Source: Candidatus Lokiarchaeum ossiferum (lineage in GTDB: Archaea; Asgardarchaeota; Lokiarchaeia; Sigyniarchaeales; Promethearchaeaceae). Taken from it: a stretch of DNA of 32,000 nucleotides. The notes beneath the pieces were generated by a model that worked only from the letters and a program-made list of their open reading frames with translations, ran no database searches and was not told the DNA's origin. Position numbers and translations under genes: made by a program. This document shows, piece by piece, positions 25,249 to 32,000 of the stretch. Numbering within the stretch: position 1 is the first letter of the stretch; the number at the start of each line of letters is the position of its first letter. Location: positions 1,320,001 to 1,352,000 of the forward strand of contig CP104013.1 in assembly GCA_025839675.1 (NCBI GenBank), read 5' to 3'.

Positions 25249-26538
25249 TCATTTTTCACTCGCCACACTTTTGAAGAGTAGAATAACCGGTAAAGTGCCA
25301 AATACATAGATTCCCATAGTCACCAAAAAGTTTAAGCGAAAATTGTTATTCGGACCAATAAGATATCCCCCAACCACAGCCGAAACATTCCAAAATAAGC
25401 CCCACGCAAGGGCTTCTAAAGAATTCCAGAGCCCACGTTTTTCTTTAGGGATAATGTCCATAAGGATGGAACGACTCAAAGGTTGGGCCGCATTCATGAA
25501 TGATCCCCGCAAAATAAAAATAATAATCAAGAGCCACATCGGAGGGTAGGTAGCAATAATCCCTAAGCAAATTGTAGCAACTGCCTGGACCAGGAAAATC
25601 ATTTGAGGACGTCCATTTGCTTTCGAATATCTTTGGGCTAAAAGTCCCGAAAATCCAGTTGCAATTGATGTAAGTCCCGAAATAATTTGAACCAAAATTG
25701 GAGACATGGTATACTCTTCCATGAAAAATATGGGAAAGAATTTGACTGTCATTCCTGCTCCAAGCCCGATAATAATGTTGCATCCTACTAAGATATAGGG
25801 AATGAATTTCGTTGGTATCAATGGGATTTTCGTTTTTGTGCGGGAAGAGTCAAATGCAAACGGTAGATCTCCTTGCGGTTCCTCATTTTCAGTTGTTGTG
25901 TCTGGAAGTGGGATTGAATCGCTAAGAGAACCTAAAGATTTCTTATCACTGAATAAAAACATCATTGCTAAGGAAATTAAAGAAAATATTAGTCCTACTC
26001 CCATCACCCATTTCAGAATAGACAGATCCCATTCATCACCTAGGATTAAAAAGAGAATAATATTTAGAAAAGGACCGATTGCCATACCAATTTGTCCAAA
26101 CATTTGTCTCCAAGAATATATAACAGACCGATCCCCTGAGGGAACAGAATCAGCAAACAATGCTTCTAAAGAAGGACGGGTTAATCCTTGATAAAGTCCC
26201 CAAATAATTAAAGATATAAAAATCATAGTTAAGGTATTTGCAAAGAATAAAATTCCAGCACTTATTAACCCAAATACAGCAGCGGCTTTTAACATCCAAT
26301 CTCTTCTAAAGCGATCAGCTAAGAAACCAGAGGGAAAAACCACAATTGTCATAGTTACACCCGTAGCAGCAGAAGTAAGACCAAGTAATTGACTAGAAGA
26401 ATCCGATAGTAAGTAAATAAAACTACTCAATACATTCCCCATCCATATTCCTCGACCAAGGGATTGCATAAGCGTAAACCACAAAACTAAGCGGACATTA
26501 TGATTTAAATTACGAAATGATTTGAGTTTTTGAAACAT
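25249..26538 (-). CDS. MFS transporter
   Basis: The motif A loop is GFLADRFRRDWMLK. There are 12 helices with a central roughly 45-aa hydrophilic loop. ATG start. Confidence 0.9.
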   Translation of the reverse strand: MFQKLKSFRNLNHNVRLVLWFTLMQSLGRGIWMGNVLSSFIYLLSDSSSQLLGLTSAATGVTMTIVVFPSGFLADRFRRDWMLKAAAVFGLISAGILFFANTLTMIFISLIIWGLYQGLTRPSLEALFADSVPSGDRSVIYSWRQMFGQIGMAIGPFLNIILFLILGDEWDLSILKWVMGVGLIFSLISLAMMFLFSDKKSLGSLSDSIPLPDTTTENEEPQGDLPFAFDSSRTKTKIPLIPTKFIPYILVGCNIIIGLGAGMTVKFFPIFFMEEYTMSPILVQIISGLTSIATGFSGLLAQRYSKANGRPQMIFLVQAVATICLGIIATYPPMWLLIIIFILRGSFMNAAQPLSRSILMDIIPKEKRGLWNSLEALAWGLFWNVSAVVGGYLIGPNNNFRLNFLVTMGIYVFGTLPVILLFKSVASEK

Positions 26539-26756
26539 TATGACATCATCAAAGAGAAAGATAGATTGATTAAAGACGCAAATAGTATAAACATTCTGCT
26601 TTAACGTTTTTGTTAGAACGTTTTACAAAAGCGTAATTGAAAAGATATGATTTTTGATTTTTAGGATGTTTTATTTCAGATCCAAACATTAATTGAAAAA
26701 TTTTGATAACAAGTTAACATCTAAGCTTTTAACCAAATAAAAGAATCTATCTACCT

Positions 26757-28157
26757 ATGGGAGGCTTTTTCGGAGTTATTTCTAAAGAAGACTGTGTCAA
26801 TGACCTGTTCTATGGGACAGATTATCATTCACATCTCGGTACAAAAAGAGGTGGTCTAGTTGTTCAAAATTCAAAGCGGATGAATCGAGTTATTCATGAT
26901 ATTACCACCGCACCTTTTCGACCAAAATTTAAAGATGATATCAAAAAACTACATGGGAACAAAGGGATTGGGATTATCAGTGATTTTGAAGATCAACCGC
27001 TAATTATTGGTTCCCATTTAGGAATTTATGCAATTGTGACCGTAGGGAAAATTAACAATTTGGATTCCCTCGCAGGCCATGCTTATAACAAGAAGCATAC
27101 TCATTTTTCAGAAATGAGTGGTGGAGAAATTAATCCAACCGAATTAGTTTCAACACTTATCAATCAAGAATCAAATTTTGAAATCGGATTACAAAAAGCT
27201 CAAGAACTCATAGAAGGGTCTTGTTCAATTCTCCTTCTCACTGAAAATGGTATTTATGCTGCTCGAGATAAACTGGGACGTACTCCAATAATCATCGGAG
27301 AAAAAGCAGGTAGTTATGCAATTACGATGGAAACGTGTGCTTTTCCAAACCTTGATTATACAATTAGTAAATATTTGGGTCCGGGGGAAATCGTTTTAGT
27401 GACAGAAGATATGGTTGAAATAAAATCTCCAGCTAAAGAAAAATTGCGCATCTGCAGTTTTTTATGGGTGTATTATGGATATCCAGCATCCAATTATGAA
27501 GGAATTAATGCAGAAGTGGTTCGAAATAGGTGCGGTGCGATTCTCGCTCAAAATGAAGACATAGATATTGATTTAGCCGCAGGAGTCCCCGATTCGGGAG
27601 TAGCACATGGAATTGGATATAGTAATGAAGCCCATGTTCCCTATCAACGACCTTTCGTAAAATATACACCCACATGGCCACGAAGTTTTATGCCTACAAA
27701 TCAATCTACACGGAACTTGGTTGCCCAAATGAAATTGATTCCCATTCGGGAACTAATTGAAAATAAAAAATTGCTATTTTGTGAAGATTCCATAGTTCGA
27801 GGTACTCAATTACAAGATACTGTCCAACGATTATATGACTATGGAGCGAAAGAAATTCATATGCGTCCAGCATGTCCTCCGTTGATCTATGGGTGCAAAT
27901 ACTTGAATTTTTCACGTTCGCGATCAGAAATGGAACTGGCAGGAAGATGGGCGATGAAGGAGATCGAAGGTGAAAATCCTCCAAATTTAGAAGAATATGC
28001 AAATGAAGGATCAGAAAAATATCATCAGATGGTAGAGGTTATTCGGAAAAGGATGAATCTCACCACTTTGAAATATCAAAAGTTGGATAATTTGATAAAA
28101 GCGATAGGTCTCCCTAAGGAAAAACTCTGTACATACTGCTGGGATGGACGAGAATAA
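26757..28157 (+). CDS. Amidophosphoribosyltransferase (PurF)-like protein with degenerate N-terminal glutaminase site
   Basis: The PRPP motif is KKLLFCEDSIVRGTQ. Cys residues occupy the positions of the PurF Fe-S ligands (CSFLWVYYGYP, PACPPLIYGC, CTYCWDG). The N-terminus is MGGFFGV rather than MCG, and an in-frame stop 9 codons upstream rules out an extension. Confidence 0.85.
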   Translation: MGGFFGVISKEDCVNDLFYGTDYHSHLGTKRGGLVVQNSKRMNRVIHDITTAPFRPKFKDDIKKLHGNKGIGIISDFEDQPLIIGSHLGIYAIVTVGKINNLDSLAGHAYNKKHTHFSEMSGGEINPTELVSTLINQESNFEIGLQKAQELIEGSCSILLLTENGIYAARDKLGRTPIIIGEKAGSYAITMETCAFPNLDYTISKYLGPGEIVLVTEDMVEIKSPAKEKLRICSFLWVYYGYPASNYEGINAEVVRNRCGAILAQNEDIDIDLAAGVPDSGVAHGIGYSNEAHVPYQRPFVKYTPTWPRSFMPTNQSTRNLVAQMKLIPIRELIENKKLLFCEDSIVRGTQLQDTVQRLYDYGAKEIHMRPACPPLIYGCKYLNFSRSRSEMELAGRWAMKEIEGENPPNLEEYANEGSEKYHQMVEVIRKRMNLTTLKYQKLDNLIKAIGLPKEKLCTYCWDGRE

Positions 28158-28193
28158 AACCTATATACTTTTTTTCCTTATTATTACGAAATA

Positions 28194-28751
28194 ATGACCC
28201 AAAATCCGATAATTATTGAAACTTATTCCTCTGAGTGGGTCAGAGAATTTAATCGGATTCGTGAAATTTTGACGAAAACACTTATGGGAGATTTTTTAAC
28301 GATTGAGCACGTGGGCAGTACATCAATACAAGGATTATCGGCCAAACCAATATTGGATATCACCATAGTTATTGATTCACGCGACTTGCTACCAAAGATT
28401 ATCACAAAATTAAAGTCAATAGGTTATATTCATTGTGGAGATAAAGGAATTCCGGGACGGGAAGCTTTTGAAAGATTGTCATCTGATGTACCCTATACAA
28501 ATCCACCGCACGTCTGGATCCATCAACATTTATACGTATGTGATAAAGAAGCGGAGCAATTGAAACAACATCTTCTGTTTCGAAATTATTTACGAAAACA
28601 TCCAGATGAAGCTTTACTTTATGGACAATTGAAACTCCATCTTGCTGGAAAATATCGCCATAATCGTGAAGCCTATACTAATGCTAAAACAGATTTCATC
28701 TTGGAAATACTTCGTAAGGCAACAAAAGAAAAAACCTATGGAAACATCTAA
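28194..28751 (+). CDS. GrpB family (UPF0157, nucleotidyltransferase-fold) protein
   Basis: IEHVGSTSIQGLSAKPILDITIVI and HLYVC...HLLFRNYLRKHPDEALLYGQLK are typical GrpB signatures. 185 aa. Confidence 0.9.
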   Translation: MTQNPIIIETYSSEWVREFNRIREILTKTLMGDFLTIEHVGSTSIQGLSAKPILDITIVIDSRDLLPKIITKLKSIGYIHCGDKGIPGREAFERLSSDVPYTNPPHVWIHQHLYVCDKEAEQLKQHLLFRNYLRKHPDEALLYGQLKLHLAGKYRHNREAYTNAKTDFILEILRKATKEKTYGNI

Positions 28752-29694
28752 AAGGAAAATAAAACAAGAGAACTCAATGAAGACTCATACGAAGGGAATT
28801 TTAGCAGCAACTTTTAATTATACTTTCATTGGGTTAAGTTTTCTTTTTACAAAAATTTCTGTCGCTGTTGCTCCAGTTTTCATTGTACTTTCCTTACGAT
28901 TTGTGATTTCATTAATAATACTTCTGCTTTTTAGTATCCTTTCCCATACCCATTTTTCGATCAAGGAATCCTTGAAGAAAGATTGGAAACTAATTGGAAT
29001 ATTTTCTCTCCTTCAACCAATCTTGTTCTTTATTTTTCAAGCCTATGCATTGAATCGAGTTGATAGTACGGAAGTAGGCTTGATTTCCTCGACGTCCCCT
29101 GCTTTAGTCGCCTTACTAGGATTCATTATTTTGAAAGAATCCTTATCAACGAGGAAAATAATTGGCTTAATTTGCTCTCTTGGAGGATTACTATTTATTT
29201 ACATCATGAAGGGGGCGCTCGCTCACCCAACTGATATTTGGGGGATAATGTTTATAATTAGTGCTACCCTCACCGGTGCCTTATATCAAGTTCTGGCCAG
29301 GAAATTGTCAAAACATCATGATCCCTATACCCTCACCTTTATTCGTATTTCAATTGGGACAATTATATTCTCGTTAATTTCCTTAACTTCGAGAAATTGG
29401 CAAGTTTTTTCTTTCAGTGAATTACAAGAGCCTATTCAATTCTACCTCGGCCTTTTTTACTTAGCATTATTCACAACAGTGGGAACTTCCATTTTAACCA
29501 TCATAGGACTGAAACATCTCAAAGCGGCAGAGCAAGGAATATTTGCGGGGTTAGCCACCACCATCTCCATTCTTGCAGGAATACTTATTTTATCTGAATC
29601 TTTTTACTGGTATCAAATAATAGGGGCTATTTTTACCATCCTCGGTATTTATCTGATGAATTCAGCATCTCAAGAGAAGGAAGTTATTTGCTAA
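28738..29694 (+). CDS. EamA / DMT-superfamily transporter
   Basis: About 10 helices in two similar halves. The tracked ORF start at 28642 lies inside the GrpB gene. Plausible starts are ATG 28738 (14-nt overlap with GrpB) or ATG 28777 (MKTHTKG...). Confidence 0.85.
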   Translation: METSKRKIKQENSMKTHTKGILAATFNYTFIGLSFLFTKISVAVAPVFIVLSLRFVISLIILLLFSILSHTHFSIKESLKKDWKLIGIFSLLQPILFFIFQAYALNRVDSTEVGLISSTSPALVALLGFIILKESLSTRKIIGLICSLGGLLFIYIMKGALAHPTDIWGIMFIISATLTGALYQVLARKLSKHHDPYTLTFIRISIGTIIFSLISLTSRNWQVFSFSELQEPIQFYLGLFYLALFTTVGTSILTIIGLKHLKAAEQGIFAGLATTISILAGILILSESFYWYQIIGAIFTILGIYLMNSASQEKEVIC

Positions 29695-29766
29695 AAATTG
29701 GCTATTGAATTGTTTTAATATCCACCAGGGCATAATATTATTATAATTGTAAATGGAGAATAAATC

Positions 29767-30372
29767 ATGAAATTTTGTCATAATTGCGGAGAAGAGATTG
29801 AAAATACTTCAGAATTTTGTACCTATTGTGGAGCTAAAATGTCTTCCCATGCTCAATATCAAAGTGTTCCAGTTCAACAACCGGTTGTTCCAGCACAGCA
29901 AACAACCCACAATAACGCAATTCCAACCTATTCAGCGTATGGAACAAAATATCGAATCGTTGCGGCCCTTTTAGGCTTTTTCTTCGGAACTTTTGGAATT
30001 CATAAATTTTATTTAAATAAAACAAAATCAGGTGTTTTATCGCTAGTTTTCTTTTGGACTGGTGCCCCGACTATAATTGGAATAGTAGAAGCAATCCTCT
30101 ACCTAACAGACGATGAAGAAATGTTCCAGCAAAGAATGCAATTAACCGATAACATCCCAAAAAATCCTTCCCGAGACAGACTTGTGGCAGCAATCTTAGG
30201 ATTAATTGGTTTAGGTGGATTTGGAGCTCATCACTTCTTTATGCGAAATCCACGCGCAAAATATTTCCTAATCTTCTGTTGGACTGGTATCCCATTGATT
30301 GTTGGTTTTTTTGAAGGATTGATTTATTTACTAGAACCTTTGGAGAATTTTACCCAGCGATATTATTACTAA
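29767..30372 (+). CDS. Zinc-ribbon plus tandem TM2-domain membrane protein
   Basis: The N-terminal zinc ribbon is CHNCGEEIENTSEFCTYCG. Two TM2-like units follow: FFGTFGIHKFYLNKTKSGVLSLVFFWTGAPTIIGIVEAILYL and GLGGFGAHHFFMRNPRAKYFLIFCWTGIPLIVGFFEGLIYL. GGAG lies 8 nt upstream of the ATG. Confidence 0.85.
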   Translation: MKFCHNCGEEIENTSEFCTYCGAKMSSHAQYQSVPVQQPVVPAQQTTHNNAIPTYSAYGTKYRIVAALLGFFFGTFGIHKFYLNKTKSGVLSLVFFWTGAPTIIGIVEAILYLTDDEEMFQQRMQLTDNIPKNPSRDRLVAAILGLIGLGGFGAHHFFMRNPRAKYFLIFCWTGIPLIVGFFEGLIYLLEPLENFTQRYYY

Positions 30373-30846
30373 TTTTTTTTTTTGTTTCTTTTGCCAAAGT
30401 AATCCATTTATCTTCTTTTTTTTTAGATATCTTGGAAAAGATTTCAATTCCCTTATCAAGTGAGGTTATTGACTCTGAATTTAGTTTTAAATTGTAATTA
30501 CAAAGACCTACTTTAATAGAGTTTGGTAAATATACCATCCGTTTGGATCGACCTTAATAGCATACTTTAATTCTTTCAAGGCAAGTTTATATTGGCCAGT
30601 TTCATACAAAATCTCACCATAAATATCTCGATAATCGCCCCTTTGTGGTTTGAGAGAGACTATTTCCTTTGCCAGACTTAAAACAGATGATAAATCCCCA
30701 TTGCTAATATAGCAGTAAATTAGGTGGTTTTTTAATGTCGAATTATCGTCAAAGTGGGGTTTAGTCTTTGATGATCTACCAAGCTTACATGAAAATCTAT
30801 ACCCTGTAGGACAAGAAAAGAAGGAAAAAAAAGATCTTAGGTTCAA
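30350..30846 (-). pseudogene. TPR-repeat gene apparently split by a frameshift and lacking an ATG start
   Basis: ORF 30508-30846 has a TTG start and no Met. It ends ...YGEILYETGQYKLALKELKYAIKVDPNGWYIYQTLLK*. The overlapping ORF 30350-30538 in another frame continues with TPR-like VGLCNYNLKLNSESITSLDKGIEIFSK. The junction is in GGATGGTATATTTACC, around 30515-30540. Confidence 0.35.
30373..30383 (+). terminator. Oligo-T (T11) immediately after the TM2 gene stop
   Basis: TAA at 30370-30372 is followed directly by 11 T residues. Confidence 0.45.
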
Positions 30847-30892
30847 TCAATCAGCTATCGTGAGACTATACGGCGAATAGATGAGATTTAAA

Positions 30893-32000
30893 TCATTTTC
30901 GCTTTTTCTTATAAATTATAGAAGCACCTACCACACCTATTAGAACAAGCAGCAGATCAATTGGTCCAAGGGGGGAGGAATCTTCTTCAATATGAAATGT
31001 ATCACTAATTCCAATGCTTTCCCCATATATATTTACTGCAACAATTTTGTAGTAATAATTCATATGAGGGACCAAATCACCGTCGTCGGTGAATTGCGTA
31101 ATCGTACTCGTTCCAATAATTTCATATGGGATATTTTCATCACTCGAATATTCAGCCGTATTATTTGCACGGTAAATATTATAATAAAGAATAGGAGCAC
31201 TTCCATTTGATAATGGTGCATTCCATTCAAGGATGTTATAAGGTACTCCATCAGCAAAATTTGATTCGATCCGCAATCCAGTCGGTGCTGAAGGAGTTTC
31301 CTTCAGTCGAGCACTCACTTGGTTGGATTTCTCACTTTCTCCAATAATATTGATTGCTTTCACTACATAAAAATAAATATATCCTTGAGTAACATTTTCA
31401 TCGATATATGAAGTAGTATTAGTATTTACAATTGCAATATAATCGGTTCCATTAGTGGTAGAACGATATACGGTATAGTTAAAGATCGGTTCCCCTCCAT
31501 TTGTTGAAGAAATATTCCAATAAAGTTGCACTTCAACAATATTTGTTATTGCTTGCAAATTTAATGGTTTAGAAGGCACTGTTGCGAATAAAGCCGGAAT
31601 TCCACTCACTTCATTTGATTGAGGGCCAACCGCATAGTTATTGACTGCAACCACATAATAATAATAGGTGATATTGTTTGTTACCGTCGTATCATTATAC
31701 TCTTCTGAAAAACTCGTTCCGATTTGAGTATAGGATGTGGTATCATTCGTGGAACGATAAATTTCATAGTGAATAATAGGACCAGTTCCAGTGAGCGCGG
31801 GAGCGTCCCATTGTAATTCTATTGTACAATTACTTGGTGTAGTTTGTAAATTTTGAGGCGCAGAAGGAGCGATTATGACGAAGATTGCACTCACTTCATT
31901 TGATTGAGGGCTAGCCGCATAATTATTGACTGCAACCACATAATAATAATAGGTGATATTGTTTGTTACCGTCGTATCATTATACTCTTCTGAAAAACTC
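30893..32000 (-). CDS. Surface protein with tandem fibronectin type III modules and C-terminal TM anchor; 5' end beyond the window
   Basis: At least 4 modules of about 95 aa are present, each with PSAPxxL...W..P...G...I..Y.IYR... and YYYxVxAVNxxGES. The tracked Met at 31939 is really GTG (Val) inside an open frame that runs to nt 32000. The C-terminus is LLLVLIGVVGASIIYKKKRK. N-x-S/T sequons are frequent. Confidence 0.85.
   Translation of the reverse strand, partial: SFSEEYNDTTVTNNITYYYYVVAVNNYAASPQSNEVSAIFVIIAPSAPQNLQTTPSNCTIELQWDAPALTGTGPIIHYEIYRSTNDTTSYTQIGTSFSEEYNDTTVTNNITYYYYVVAVNNYAVGPQSNEVSGIPALFATVPSKPLNLQAITNIVEVQLYWNISSTNGGEPIFNYTVYRSTTNGTDYIAIVNTNTTSYIDENVTQGYIYFYVVKAINIIGESEKSNQVSARLKETPSAPTGLRIESNFADGVPYNILEWNAPLSNGSAPILYYNIYRANNTAEYSSDENIPYEIIGTSTITQFTDDGDLVPHMNYYYKIVAVNIYGESIGISDTFHIEEDSSPLGPIDLLLVLIGVVGASIIYKKKRK
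31603..32000. repeat. Near-identical 285-bp tandem DNA repeat (one FN3 module period) inside the FN3 gene
   Basis: 31603-31715 and 31888-32000 differ at 3 of 113 positions by manual comparison. The offset is 285 bp, equal to 95 codons. The second copy is cut by the window end. Confidence 0.8.

Noticed and set aside
26603-26624. Two copies of AACGTTTT (containing the palindrome AACGTT) 14 bp apart in the MFS/PurF-like divergent spacer, considered as a purine-regulon operator
   Set aside because: An 8-mer repeated once in AT-rich DNA falls within chance expectation. No cognate regulator is nearby.
28642-28737. Upstream 32-codon extension of the EamA ORF as given in the track
   Set aside because: It lies entirely within the GrpB coding region in another frame and encodes non-membrane, basic filler. 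ATG 28738 or 28777 gives a normal transporter N-terminus.
1890-31257. Short ORFs of 60-131 aa in the supplied track that lie inside or antisense to long ORFs (for example 1890-2177, 2942-3277, 5273-5935, 6116-6379, 7050-7356, 8372-8587, 9702-9929, 13662-14483, 14654-16921, 17418-17618, 19039-19224, 20407-20601, 21610-21804, 22190-22645, 23290-24331, 24644-24973, 25343-26191, 27706-28002, 28223-28405, 29834-30025, 30992-31257)
   Set aside because: All are fully overlapped by much longer ORFs with clear family signatures. Their translations are low-complexity or motif-free. Long shadow ORFs of this kind are expected opposite real genes.
1-32000. Search for CRISPR arrays, tRNA/rRNA genes, transposases or integrases, toxin-antitoxin pairs and known defence-system enzymes (nucleases, helicases, STAND/AAA ATPases, methyltransferase-restriction pairs)
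   Set aside because: I saw no regularly spaced direct repeats, no GC-rich cloverleaf-like segments and no ORF with nuclease, helicase, Walker-type NTPase, recombinase or DDE motifs. The absence is by eye only and should be confirmed with tRNAscan-SE, Infernal and defence-system HMM sets.

Overview
The window is visibly AT-rich and gene-dense. I call about 27 protein-coding genes, 3 gene remnants and several short non-coding repeats. I saw no rRNA, tRNA, CRISPR array, transposase, integrase or recognisable defence gene.

The organism is probably archaeal. Supporting signs are a PGF-CTERM-type sorting signal, a DUF1724/FilR1-like regulator tail, TATA-like boxes 20-45 nt upstream of start codons, few Shine-Dalgarno sites and oligo-T tracts after stop codons. 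The style resembles AT-rich Asgard/Lokiarchaeia-type genomes, but that cannot be established from the sequence alone.

The content is accessory in character:
- Heavily sequon-decorated surface proteins: a DUF3160-like protein, a beta-helix/PKD protein and a multi-FN3 protein.
- Four MFS transporters and one EamA transporter, interleaved with small-molecule-handling enzymes: an SDR, a PIG-L deacetylase, a nitroreductase with HxlR, a DJ-1/PfpI protein, an amidohydrolase and a GrpB protein.

The strongest candidate for something undescribed is a roughly 9 kb block at 9041-18311. Two paralogous single-chain double-wHTH proteins (386 and 387 aa) bracket it, each divergently transcribed from its neighbour. 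The block holds an SDR, a stand-alone HHxxxDG acyltransferase, an MFS exporter and a rifampicin-phosphotransferase-like PEP-utilising enzyme (ATP-grasp plus swivel-His, no TIM barrel). A 60-bp-phased operator-like repeat (TTCAT-N5-ATGAA) sits in one divergent promoter.

Other points of note:
- A PurF-like amidotransferase with a degenerate glutaminase site (Gly replaces the Cys1 nucleophile).
- A decayed PIG-L paralog recognisable at nucleotide level.
- An ICMT-family remnant with an in-frame TAG.
- A frameshift-split TPR gene.
- A near-identical 285-bp tandem module in the FN3 gene.

All family assignments come from motif recognition by eye and need HMM or BLAST confirmation.
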